Positions 10,701 to 19,406 of a DNA stretch of 64,000 bases are shown here, in pieces. The notes beneath the pieces were generated by a model, which saw only the letters and a list, made by a program, of their open reading frames with translations, was not told the DNA's origin and made no database searches. The translations under genes were made by a program, and so were the position numbers. The first letter of the stretch is position 1. Each line of letters opens with the position of its first letter. The stretch is from an uncultured Phycisphaeraceae bacterium. Its GTDB lineage: Bacteria; Planctomycetota; Phycisphaerae; UBA1845. The stretch spans positions 6,369-70,368 of the forward strand of contig CAYOQG010000001.1 of assembly GCA_964405925.1 (NCBI GenBank), given 5' to 3'.

Positions 10701-11000
10701 CTGTACGCCGACCCACACCATCCCGAAGTCCTCGTTGGCCGACGACGAGAGTTTGCGGACTCCGCGCGTCCCCTGCAAGGCCTCCTCGATGGGTGTACAG
10801 ATGGCCCGTTCCACGTCCTCGGGACTGGCCCCGGGGTAGGCAAGTTCCACGACGACGTGCTCAAGCGAAAACTCGGGATAAACCTCGCGCACCATGTGGC
10901 GGGTGGAGAGCAGCCCCCCAACGAGGATGCAGACCATGAGCAGTTCGACAACGACGGGATTGCGGACGCCCCCCGCGATGAGCCCGCGGAGTAGCTGCAT
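7791..11000 (-). CDS. RND-family efflux transporter permease (AcrB/CzcA superfamily)
   Basis: 1069 aa with a 12-TM architecture and two large periplasmic loops. Typical RND strings include GIPVSFAGALIIM, DDAIVIADSI and VVVNDALVLLDGINR. Confidence 0.95.
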   Translation of the reverse strand: MQLLRGLIAGGVRNPVVVELLMVCILVGGLLSTRHMVREVYPEFSLEHVVVELAYPGASPEDVERAICTPIEEALQGTRGVRKLSSSANEDFGMVWVGVQEDVDDLKTVLDEVRERVGQITTFPSEARQPVIREAVVPSEVVNVAVFGQLPERTLKQAAQQVRDDLLAFPEISQVSFSGARNDEIVIEVSEEALLAYDLSLTDVMAVVAKSSLDVPAGVIRTADEEFILRIAGQRYAAREYEELIIRERADAVVRLGQLATVREGFEETVIRGTFNGQPAVVVEVFKTPDEDTTEIARLVRAYVDDRQPSLPEQLHLSVWADSSHDIDSRIAMLVENGLWGICLVFATLTLFLRLRVAVWVAIGIPVSFAGALIIMHVYGETLNMISLFALIMVSGIIVDDAIVIADSIHARRRSGDTPELASIEGANRVALPVLGASITTIIAFIPLLYVVGVMGRFIHVLPVVVIAAIVASSVEAFGILPSHLCYRGGLVSDGKGGSPSRLRYKIDDLIDRIITGWYRPLFTLAMRYRLVTVGLAIAALLAVAGLVEGGRTPLILMPQEDGNILRARVRFPEGTPIATTEQTVERLEACARQLNEDPQLRPAAEGPLVRQIHSLIGEFAGFKTSRGNNLCEVRVELMPAEQRRMPMEKIIERWRESIGTIYDATQVTVGRQPRGPLDTPIEIRLLGNDLEDLEEAAERVQDRLRDFDGLYDIRSELVPGKRELRVTLDPDARSLGLTLDDVARQLRHGFYGGEAVQLQRGKELIKVRVRFPERERRSIADLEHVRIMTPKGDAVPFFEVAKVQWTRGYARIFHEDGKRRVGVMADVDDRRTNAEHVLQALEAGFFDDVVSDFDNMTYQLGGSRERIKESLDSLYRGFVVAILAIYAVLAALLRSYVQPLVILVSVPFGLVGVVMGHTLLGFDLTILSLFGAVALSGVVVNDALVLLDGINRVIREGQSVWEGVLAGAQLRFRAVTLTSITTVAGLLPILTESSSQAQTVKPMAVSLGFGLAFATVLTLFVVPAMYLIVNDLRRFLYWLRHGGSYPLAELVEEAARERTQATLLDARS

Positions 11001-11002
11001 GA

Positions 11003-12610
11003 CTAACCCCCTGCGCGCGCCAGGCTATACCGCCCCAGGATGGCGCTTAACGACGTGTGGACCGGGAATCGAAGATCGGGGATCGGAGATCGGAGATCGG
11101 GGAATGAAGATCGGGTTTCGGACTTCGTTCCCTCTTCCCTGTTCCCTGTTGCCTGTTGCCAAACCCGTGACAAGACCGCGACTCTGCCCGCGGCTTCCCG
11201 TAAGGATTCGGGAAAGACATCAGCCGTGATCTGATCGTCGCGGAGACGAACGTGCATCCCTGCCATCGGCTGCCGCAAGGGCGACACGACGACCAGCTCA
11301 CCCGGTCTCAGTTCGCACAACTCGGTACCACTTCGGCCGGTGTAATCAACAAGCACGCTGTCACCCAGCGAACGAAGCAGCGGCACCACCCTGCGGGTCA
11401 GACTGCCGAGACGCTCGTCCGCCGGGTCACTGGCGGGCTCGAACACGTATACCCAACTGTTGTTGTGGATCGCATGGCGCGGTACGAGCAAGGCCCCTTC
11501 GATCGGCTCCGCCGGCAAATCCACCCGACAGTGCATTCCGATACTCAGGGATGGTGTGGACTCTTCGCTGCCCACAGCAACCGTGGCGACCATGTCCACG
11601 TTGCGGACTTCGACGATCAAGCGAGCTGTCCGTGTCGCCTCGTCAACACGCTCGAACCGGGTGACGAATCCCCGCCAGGTGAATTCCTGGTCGTGCAGAC
11701 TCCATCGAACCTCGGCTTCAGGTCGTGGGCCGTCGGCGTCTTTTTGCAGGGCCTCCGGGCGGATGGCCTTGGCAAGCCACCTCAATTCTCGTGGATCGAT
11801 ACCCACCGGTACCTCGAACGCCGACATATCCGTCAACGTGGCGATGGAAAAGTGGGCGGTCACCGCCTGCGACGCGTACGCCGACACCACCTCGACCCTT
11901 GCGTCAAACGGGCAAAAGATCTTTGTATGGTCGCGCTCGTAGCACGCTTGCTTAAGCCCGGCGCGGGCGGCATCGAGTCGGGCCTCGGTCTCACGCCTGA
12001 CGTGGGGGATTATTTCCCGGCGGCTCTTCAACTCGATCAAGGCGTCGTTCTGTCGCAAGAACTTCTGATAGACAAGATCGACGTCACGCTGCGTCCCCAC
12101 CTGTTCGTCATCGTGCAAACGCTTCGAGGTCAAGTAGTCACGCTCGTCAATGGCGAGCAGCTTCTCCGCGTTGGCGATGCGTTCATCGAGGCTCGCAGAC
12201 TCCTGGTCCGTTCGATCGAGGGCAGCCTCCAGTTGATGGACCTCCGCCTCGACCTGGCGGACACGAGCTTCGTAAATCGTGGGGTCAACCTCGAAGAGTA
12301 GCTCACCTTCCGGCACGATTTTGCCGGTCGCCAGGTCGTCGTGAACTCGCACCAACTCCCCGCTCACCTGTGGCACGATCTTGACTTGACGCTTCGGGCG
12401 AACGGTTCCACGGCCGACGACTGGCGTTGCCTCGATCACAGGTATGATTGTCTGGACGGCCACTTCCGGAGTGCGGGCGAAGTGGTGGTGTTTGGGTGGT
12501 TCCGGCTTCGTGTGCACAAGCCACGCGTACGTCGCACCGCCAGCGATAACGATAGCGAGTGCGAGAACTACAGCAATGGCACGACGCGTTCCTTCTGTCG
12601 CCATGTTCAT
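11003..12610 (-). CDS. RND efflux periplasmic adaptor (membrane fusion protein, HlyD family) with a non-conserved, repeat-encoded C-terminal tail
   Basis: 535 aa with an N-terminal TM anchor (AIAVVLALAIVIAGGATYAWL), lipoyl, coiled-coil hairpin and beta-barrel regions. The stop lies 2 nt before the RND start. The last roughly 70 aa are low-complexity and encoded by heptanucleotide repeats. Confidence 0.85.
   Translation of the reverse strand: MNMATEGTRRAIAVVLALAIVIAGGATYAWLVHTKPEPPKHHHFARTPEVAVQTIIPVIEATPVVGRGTVRPKRQVKIVPQVSGELVRVHDDLATGKIVPEGELLFEVDPTIYEARVRQVEAEVHQLEAALDRTDQESASLDERIANAEKLLAIDERDYLTSKRLHDDEQVGTQRDVDLVYQKFLRQNDALIELKSRREIIPHVRRETEARLDAARAGLKQACYERDHTKIFCPFDARVEVVSAYASQAVTAHFSIATLTDMSAFEVPVGIDPRELRWLAKAIRPEALQKDADGPRPEAEVRWSLHDQEFTWRGFVTRFERVDEATRTARLIVEVRNVDMVATVAVGSEESTPSLSIGMHCRVDLPAEPIEGALLVPRHAIHNNSWVYVFEPASDPADERLGSLTRRVVPLLRSLGDSVLVDYTGRSGTELCELRPGELVVVSPLRQPMAGMHVRLRDDQITADVFPESLREAAGRVAVLSRVWQQATGNREEGTKSETRSSFPDLRSPIPDLRFPVHTSLSAILGRYSLARAGG
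11074..11115. repeat. Tandem heptanucleotide repeat GATCGG(G/A)
   Basis: Read directly: GATCGGG GATCGGA GATCGGA GATCGGG GAATGAA GATCGGG at 11074..11115. Confidence 0.9.
11127..11160. repeat. Second tandem heptanucleotide repeat (G/C)TT(C/G)CCT, about 4.9 units
   Basis: GTTCCCT CTTCCCT GTTCCCT GTTGCCT GTTGCC at 11127..11160, immediately next to the first tract. Confidence 0.9.
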
Positions 12611-12703
12611 GTTGGTTGTTGGTGGGCTTCAGACGCCGACCCATCCCGGCATCCGAGCTCGGGATAGTATCAGCACCGTGGGCTCAGACGGCGTCCGTTC
12701 ACT

Positions 12704-12778
12704 GGGGCGTTGCGCCCTTCAAGCCCGTCTCGGGGCGTTGACCGCCTTCACCCACGAGGGGCGTCGGAGCGCCGCCAA
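12704..12778. promoter_or_regulatory. Three direct repeats GGGGCGTYG(N)GCC... upstream of the efflux operon (possible operator or iteron)
   Basis: GGGGCGTTGCGCCCTTCA (12704), GGGGCGTTGACCGCCTTCA (12732) and GGGGCGTCGGAGCGCCGCCA (12758). Spacing is 28 and 26 nt, 95-170 nt upstream of the adaptor start at 12610. Confidence 0.3.
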
Positions 12779-14099
12779 ACGGGGAATCATCGGCGAAACA
12801 CCGACCCTGTCAATAGCTAACGCCGAATGGCATGAAAATCCGGCGCAGGCCACCAGCCCTGTGAGTCGATCGCCTCGGTCGTCGGAACAGATTATGAAGT
12901 GCCCGCCGCCCCGGCCGGATACCCCACGCGGACGTGTAGGCGGTCACCGACGGCACAACATGTTGATATAAAGGCTCAGATTGCTGATTCGACCCATCCG
13001 AGCGGCTTGCGACGACCTACGCGATAGATCGCAGCATGGGTCCACCAGCAGACACCGCGAATCGCGACGAGAGGACCTCCCCACATTACCTGTGAAATTC
13101 TCGAGCCAGCTCCGTGATCCGAGCCAGATGGTAGACGTCGTACTCTGCCACAAAAAGGCACAAATCCACGATCCGCACGGGCTCATTCAGGCGAGCCCGG
13201 TTCGACGACCGCCTGAAGCCCTCGGAGTCCAGGGTCGCCAGCCGGGTCGCCGCCGCGACTCCACCGCGCTTCGATGGCGATGCCGCTGGCCATTCTTCTT
13301 CCGTCAATAGCGACGCAAACACATCTTGCCCACTTGGATAACAAGATCGCGTGGCGAAATTCAAGGGGGTAGGTCTGCACTACACGGGTCTGGACACTGA
13401 CAACCGCGTTTCCGTATACGCCATCGTCGATTCTTCACACAAATTCGGGCAATTCTCTCCAAACGTGCGTAGGTTGGGCTAAACACATACTCACCCGCCG
13501 CAACCCGACGCGGGCGCAGCCCATCCGACCCACGTCCGCGTCAACTTGAAACCCGTCCATCTGTCCCTGCACTCGCTTGGCCGATGTACCGGATCGCAGA
13601 TTGAGCGGCCATTCGTCCGCAGCCGATCAGGGCATCAAGTGCGGACCTGACGAATCTCCATCGCAATGACCGCCACATGCCAACATGCCTTCGCCGAGCG
13701 AGCGATGGCACCGCCTCGTAGTGTCCGAATGAACGGTGGACGAGTTGGCGGCATGGCTGCACAGTGGCAGGTTGCCTTCATCGACACCATACGCCGATAC
13801 CGCGAGTTGCCGTCACGACGGAACCTGCCCACCCTGCCACCAAGACCCGCGCAATAGGCGTTCGCGTGAACGTGACTTCGCCCAGGGTCCGTGACAGCTT
13901 AGCTCGGTCTCGCGGCAGGCACCGAGTCAGCCCGAAAGGCTGACCCACCGCGGCCATGGGCGACGTCCCGGCCCGCCGGGACTTGCCCCGGGGCTATCAC
14001 AGGACAGGGTTTCAGCCTGGAACCCCGCACGCGGTCTTGTCACCCACCCATCTGCCCGTCCTCCTGGAAACCGCACCTGCGCGGCGTTACAATCACTGT

Positions 14100-14345
14100 A
14101 TGATCCGCGACAACATCCGTGAGCTTCTGGATCGTGATCCCTTCGTCCCGTTTCGCCTGGTTCTCAGCAGCGGTCGGCATTACGACGTCCTCGACCCCCA
14201 GATGACGGTACTCCTGAAGTCCGAGATCTTTATCGCATTCCCCGACGGGGAACATTCCTCCCTCGTACCGCTCTTGCACGTCACCTCGGTCGAGACCCCA
14301 GCCGATGGTCGGCGCAAACGCACCACCCGACGAAAACCACGATAG
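14100..14345 (+). CDS. Hypothetical small protein (81 aa)
   Basis: Internal ATG of ORF 13956..14345. The sequence MIRDNIRELLDRDPFVPFRLVLSSGRHYDVL... looks globular. The upstream part of the ORF is built from hairpin-rich intergenic sequence. No recognised family. Confidence 0.4.
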   Translation: MIRDNIRELLDRDPFVPFRLVLSSGRHYDVLDPQMTVLLKSEIFIAFPDGEHSSLVPLLHVTSVETPADGRRKRTTRRKPR

Positions 14346-14421
14346 CCACCGAATCCCGGGCACGGCGTGAGAGTGTCCCGTCTCCGATCCCGCGTGGCCA
14401 GACCATGGGCACGGTGCCATA

Positions 14422-14916
14422 ATGGATGTGTCCCGATGCAGAAGCACGTACGGAGACAGTGAAATGTCAGGACGACACATGAAGGCACAGGACGTATTCA
14501 ACGCCTCAGCCCCGTTCTTCGGTCCAAAATCGACCTTCGCCGAGGCCTTTCCAGAGATTCAGTCTTTGCGTGTGGAGGTCACCGAGAGAGGGCATGGGAC
14601 GGAGTGGATGGGTCCGGGGGCTCGCGTATACACCGAGACGATCGCTGGCGAGTTCATCAACTGCTCAAACACCGTATGCTATAATGGCGGATTCCGTCTT
14701 GGGGGAATTCTCCGAGATATGGTGCGCTCTCGCGAAACCGAGCGCACGGGAACGGCTAGTTGCCAAGGGTACGAACGGTCCCCCAAAGGTCGGCGCAAGT
14801 ATAGAAAATGCTGGAACTCTTTCGAATACAAAATCGCTGTCAAATACCGCGAGAATCCGGATGACCACGCTCAAAGAACGAATAGCACGGATTCGCGCAG
14901 CTGTCGGTCAGACTAG
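14422..14916 (+). CDS. Hypothetical protein with four spaced cysteines
   Basis: 164-aa ORF, with an alternative ATG at 14479. Contains INCSNTVCYNGGF and ASCQGYE...RKCWNSF. It sits in an AT-richer stretch. No recognised family. Confidence 0.45.
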   Translation: MDVSRCRSTYGDSEMSGRHMKAQDVFNASAPFFGPKSTFAEAFPEIQSLRVEVTERGHGTEWMGPGARVYTETIAGEFINCSNTVCYNGGFRLGGILRDMVRSRETERTGTASCQGYERSPKGRRKYRKCWNSFEYKIAVKYRENPDDHAQRTNSTDSRSCRSD

Positions 14917-15478
14917 AGTCGCGAACCTCGCTCGATTCCCCGCCCGGGTCATAAACACACCGAGGTGCCACGGTATGTTTCAGGACTTTAGAGGCGACAA
15001 GTCGCCCGAGGATCTGGTGAATGACGCGTTCACCCTGATCCATAATGTCGCCAGTTTGCGCGACCATTTGAAAAAATGGGCTCAGGCGAATGGACGGGAT
15101 CCTAAAAAGGTAGATGAGACCATCCGATCCTCAAGGGATCTTTGCATCATCATGGATCTGTGGGATAACGACAAACATGGCGGCACGCGCCGGGACGGCG
15201 GCAGGTCAACGCTCTCCCCTCGCCTCGACGAAGTCGATCGCGCATTGAGACTCCGTCCGCTCCCTAGGAAGAACTCAGGTGTGATGGTCCAATGGGGCCA
15301 GGATGGGCGTTTACATGCTTCGGGAGATGGGACAGCTACGGTCGATACCTCGGGAACCGTCCGAGATGCCGAGGGTCAACCCATTGGCGACCTGCAGGAA
15401 ATCGTGGCGTGTGCGGTCGAAGCGTGGGAGCGCCTACTGGTAACGTACGAGATCGGCCGAGGGCTCGCGGTAGAATGA
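14861..15478 (+). CDS. Hypothetical protein (206 aa)
   Basis: ATG at 14861 inside ORF 14570..15478. It overlaps the preceding ORF by 56 nt in another frame. The sequence MTTLKERIARIRAAV...LIHNVASLRDHLKKW...DLWDNDKHGG is protein-like, but I do not recognise the family. Confidence 0.5.
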   Translation: MTTLKERIARIRAAVGQTRVANLARFPARVINTPRCHGMFQDFRGDKSPEDLVNDAFTLIHNVASLRDHLKKWAQANGRDPKKVDETIRSSRDLCIIMDLWDNDKHGGTRRDGGRSTLSPRLDEVDRALRLRPLPRKNSGVMVQWGQDGRLHASGDGTATVDTSGTVRDAEGQPIGDLQEIVACAVEAWERLLVTYEIGRGLAVE

Positions 15479-15807
15479 CTCGTTTGGGACGATGGTCCGG
15501 TCACAATGATCGAACGGATGGGTCAACCCTAAACCATCGCGCTTCACGGCCCGTGCTTTGCTATGCGCTATTCAAGATCGAAGGGCAGCGAAGATCCTGA
15601 TTCATTGGGATTCGACATTCTTTTCACGGGCCGCGCTCGCGCTTGGGCCTCGCATCAGTCGTGCATCAAGATGCACCCTACAAGTTGCCGAAACTTATGG
15701 GCTTTCAGATCATCGCAACCTGAGAGCTCCGCGCATGGCAGGGGGCACAGCTCGTCGCCATGCCCCCATCTATCTGATACCTCCTCGCGGAGGGCTATGG
15801 ACGGTCG

Positions 15808-17790
15808 TTACTTGTTCTTGACCAGGTGATCGACCACGCCCGGATCAGCCAGGGTCGTGGTGTCGCCGATGTCCTCCGGCTTACCCTCGGCGATCTTGCG
15901 GAGGATTCGCCGCATGATCTTGCCCGACCGGGTCTTGGGCAGACCTGGTGCCCAGTGGATGACATCGGGAGCGGCGATCGGTCCAATCTCCTTGCGTACG
16001 TGCATGACGAGTTCCTTCTTGAGCTCGTCCGTGTACTCCTCGCCCGCCTTGAGGGTCACATACGCGTAGATGCCCTGTCCCTTGATCTCGTGAGGGAAGC
16101 CGACGACGGCAGCCTCGGTCACCTTCGGGTGGGATACCAACGCACTTTCGACCTCGGCGGTCCCCATCCGGTGACCGGAGACATTGATCACGTCGTCGAT
16201 CCGCCCGGTGATCCAATAGTAGCCGTCCTCGTCGCGGCGGCATCCATCACCCGTAAAGTACAGACCCGGACAGCGACTGAAATACACTTCCTTGAAGCGC
16301 TCGTGCTGCCCATACACGGTCCGCATGATCCCCGGCCAGGGCTCCTCGATAAACAGGGCACCCGAGGCGGGACCCTCGAGGCGCCTGTTCTTCTCATCAA
16401 GAATCACCGGCTTGATACCGAAGAAGGGCAGCGTGGCTGAGCCGGGCTTCGTGGCAATCGCACCCGGCAGCGGGGTGATCAACATACCGCCCGTCTCCGT
16501 CTGCCACCAGGTGTCAACAATCGGGCACCGCCCCTTGCCGACCACGCGGTGATACCACATCCACGCCTCCGGATTGATCGGCTCACCCACGGTGCCGAGG
16601 ATGCGGAGACTGGACAGATCGCGCTTGTTGACCGGCTCGTCACCCTCCCGCATGATCGCACGAATCGCTGTCGGTGCGGTATAGAACTTGTTGACTTTGT
16701 ACTTGTCCACCACATCCCAGAACCGACCAGCATCGGGATAGGTCGGGATGCCCTCGAACATGAGCGTTGTCCCCCCCACGCAAAGCGGCCCGTAGACGAT
16801 GTACGAGTGACCGGTTACCCAACCGATGTCCGCCGTGCACCAGTAGATGTCGCCATCGTGGTAGTCAAAGACGTTTTTGTAGGTGACCGCAGTGTACACC
16901 ATGTATCCGCCGGTCGTGTGGAGCACGCCCTTCGGCTTGCCCGTCGAACCGGACGTATAGAGGATGAACAGCGGGTCTTCGGAGTCCAGCCACTCGGGTT
17001 CGCAGTCCGGTGACGCATCCTTCATGACGTCGTGCCACCAGTGGTCACGACCACTCTTCATGTGGATATCCATGCTGCCTGGCTTGAGTCGCTGGTAGAC
17101 GATGCAGGTCTTGACGTTGACACCCTGCCTGGCGGCATGATCCATGGCTACGTCTGCGTTGGCTTTGAGCGCGACCGATTTCGCACCGCGGAACACACCG
17201 TCCGTGGTGACCAGAAACCCACAGGTCGAGTCCACAATACGATCGGACAACGAGTCGGGACTGAAACCGCCGAAAACGACCGAATGAATCGCCCCGATCC
17301 TGGCACACCCGAGCATCGTGATGGCCAGCTCCTTGACCATCGGCATGTAGATCGATACCCGGTCGCCCTTCTTGACCCCGAACGACTTCAGTACGTTGGC
17401 GAACTTGCAGACCTCACGATGAAGCTCGCGATAGGTCAGCTTGTCGCCCTCGCCAGGTGCATTACCTTCCCACAGGATGGCGACTTGGTCACCACGCTTC
17501 TCGAGGTGCCGATCCAAGGCGTTGTATGTGATGTTGGTCTTGGCCCCGATGAAATACTTGATCCAGATCTTGTCCTTGAAATCGAACTCCCGGACCTTGG
17601 TCCACTTCTGCTTCCAGAAGAAATCGTTGGCCATCTCGGACCAGAATCCGTCCGGATCCTCGATCGAGCGCTTGTACATCTCTCTGTACTGCTCGATCGA
17701 GGAGATGTGCGCCCGACTGGCAAACTCGCTCGACGGAGCGAATTTGTGTGTTCCAGACGTTGTCGGTTCGGCACTGAGGGTCTCGGTCAT
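15808..17790 (-). CDS. acs: Acetyl-CoA synthetase (acetate--CoA ligase, AMP-forming)
   Basis: 660 aa. Diagnostic strings are [11 protein letters not shown] (AMP-binding signature), [44 protein letters not shown] and the catalytic-Lys context TRSGKIMRR. Confidence 0.97.
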   Translation of the reverse strand: MTETLSAEPTTSGTHKFAPSSEFASRAHISSIEQYREMYKRSIEDPDGFWSEMANDFFWKQKWTKVREFDFKDKIWIKYFIGAKTNITYNALDRHLEKRGDQVAILWEGNAPGEGDKLTYRELHREVCKFANVLKSFGVKKGDRVSIYMPMVKELAITMLGCARIGAIHSVVFGGFSPDSLSDRIVDSTCGFLVTTDGVFRGAKSVALKANADVAMDHAARQGVNVKTCIVYQRLKPGSMDIHMKSGRDHWWHDVMKDASPDCEPEWLDSEDPLFILYTSGSTGKPKGVLHTTGGYMVYTAVTYKNVFDYHDGDIYWCTADIGWVTGHSYIVYGPLCVGGTTLMFEGIPTYPDAGRFWDVVDKYKVNKFYTAPTAIRAIMREGDEPVNKRDLSSLRILGTVGEPINPEAWMWYHRVVGKGRCPIVDTWWQTETGGMLITPLPGAIATKPGSATLPFFGIKPVILDEKNRRLEGPASGALFIEEPWPGIMRTVYGQHERFKEVYFSRCPGLYFTGDGCRRDEDGYYWITGRIDDVINVSGHRMGTAEVESALVSHPKVTEAAVVGFPHEIKGQGIYAYVTLKAGEEYTDELKKELVMHVRKEIGPIAAPDVIHWAPGLPKTRSGKIMRRILRKIAEGKPEDIGDTTTLADPGVVDHLVKNK

Positions 17791-17937
17791 CGTTCGACAC
17801 TCCTTCTATCTCGTCTATTTACAGCCGTCTCCAGTCGTGTGGTCGTAAGCCCCCGGAAGCATGGGAGGATTGTCCACAGGACCTCACCGCGCGCTGCATG
17901 TGCCAGGCGGCGACACCATAAGCGCAGCGGCAGTCTT

Positions 17938-19311
17938 TCACGATCGGCAGGTTTTCATCTGTGCTTCGCCCGCTGCGTTTTGCAGCACACGGACAAGCTG
18001 CTCCGCGGTTCGCTCCGTCGCCCCCTGGTGACTGAGCACCACACGCCGGGCTCGATCCCCCATCGCCTGGGCCGTAGACCGATCTTGTAAGATCGCACCG
18101 ACGGCAGAGGCTAAATCAGCCGGCGACTCGATCTGTCGAAGCGCCTCCGCCTCAAGAAGCGCAGCCACCGGAACCGCGAAGTTGTCGGTATACGGTCCGA
18201 CGACGATCGCCTTGCCCAGGGCCGCGACCTCCATCGGGTCCGACCCGCCGAGCGGCACAAGGGTGCGTCCGACGAAGACGGCATCCGCAAGCGAGTAGAC
18301 CTTCCTCAGTTCCCCCATGGTGTCGATCAGCAGCACCGCCTCCGGGTCGCAAGGCTTTCCCGCCAGGCCATCACCGTGCTCGCTACGGCGAATACATAAG
18401 AAACCCGAACGCTCGATCAGCCGAGCGACCTCGTCGAACCGTTCAGGTTTGCGCGGTACGATGGCTAACAAAGGGGATTCAGGTTCTCTTCCTGCCGCCG
18501 AACCCACATGCACGCCTTGTGCCAGACTTGCCCAATTCCGCAGCAGTTGGCGGTAAGCGTCGAGGATCAAGACCTCCTCGCCCGGTCCCGTGCTGCCGCA
18601 CACCCATAAGAGGCGAGCACGATCGATCCCCATTGCCTCTGCGAGAGCATCAGCCCCGTCGATCCGGTCGAGGATTTGAGCGGAATCCCACTTCAGTGAG
18701 GACGTGACCATGACGCGCTCAGAAGGAACGCCAAGTTGGCGAAAACGCGAGGCGATCGCGTCGTCCTGTGCACCAACCCACACCAGATCGCCAAACATTC
18801 GCCGGGTAGCCAGCCCAAGTCGATTGAGCCGCCGCGCGCTGCGTTCCGTCAGCCGACCATTCGCCACGACCACGGGTATGCTGCATCGCGTCGCTATCCG
18901 GACCAAGTTGTACCAGACTTCCAGCTCGACCAGCACCAGCATCGTGGGGTGGATGCGGTCCAACGCCCGTAAGATCACAGGGCTGAAGTCGAGCGGGAAC
19001 CGAAAAACCTTGTCCGCACCGTACAGTTGGACGGCTCGGGCGAAGCCGGTGTCGGTAGTCGTTGAGAAGACGAAGTCGGCTAGGGGAAGCCGATCGCGCA
19101 ATGCCTCCACAAGCCTGGGCGTCGCGTTGATCTCCCCGAGGGATACCCCGTGGATCCAGATTCGCTGCTGTGTGGGATTCAGCGTCGGAACGAATCCGAA
19201 CCGCTGGCCCCAGCCAGCGCGGTTCTTTCCAACAACAACCGCCTGATACAACGCGATCGGGAGGTACAGCAGCCCGATCAGAAGGTACGCCAAGTCGGCA
19301 ACGAATCGCAT
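17938..19311 (-). CDS. waaA: 3-deoxy-D-manno-octulosonic acid (Kdo) transferase
   Basis: 457 aa with an N-terminal membrane anchor. It carries the WIHGVSLGE motif characteristic of WaaA/KdtA (GT30) and a C-terminal GGSDPMEVAALGKAIVVGP region. Confidence 0.88.
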   Translation of the reverse strand: MRFVADLAYLLIGLLYLPIALYQAVVVGKNRAGWGQRFGFVPTLNPTQQRIWIHGVSLGEINATPRLVEALRDRLPLADFVFSTTTDTGFARAVQLYGADKVFRFPLDFSPVILRALDRIHPTMLVLVELEVWYNLVRIATRCSIPVVVANGRLTERSARRLNRLGLATRRMFGDLVWVGAQDDAIASRFRQLGVPSERVMVTSSLKWDSAQILDRIDGADALAEAMGIDRARLLWVCGSTGPGEEVLILDAYRQLLRNWASLAQGVHVGSAAGREPESPLLAIVPRKPERFDEVARLIERSGFLCIRRSEHGDGLAGKPCDPEAVLLIDTMGELRKVYSLADAVFVGRTLVPLGGSDPMEVAALGKAIVVGPYTDNFAVPVAALLEAEALRQIESPADLASAVGAILQDRSTAQAMGDRARRVVLSHQGATERTAEQLVRVLQNAAGEAQMKTCRS

Positions 19312-19406
19312 GGGCTGCGGATCGTATTCCCACGTCGCCCTCCCGGCAACTTCGCAAAACCGGGCGGCGTCCTTTGGCTGCCTGGTAAGCCACTGCTACA
19401 CTCTCG

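Noticed and set aside
12944-13857. Cluster of 60-109-aa ORFs on both strands, for example 13086..13364(-) ending ...EYDVYHLARITELAREFHR.
   Set aside because: No start or SD context and frames switch repeatedly. The only resemblance I could think of (a DinB-like helical bundle) is too vague. The region is treated as unannotated or possibly decayed, not as genes.
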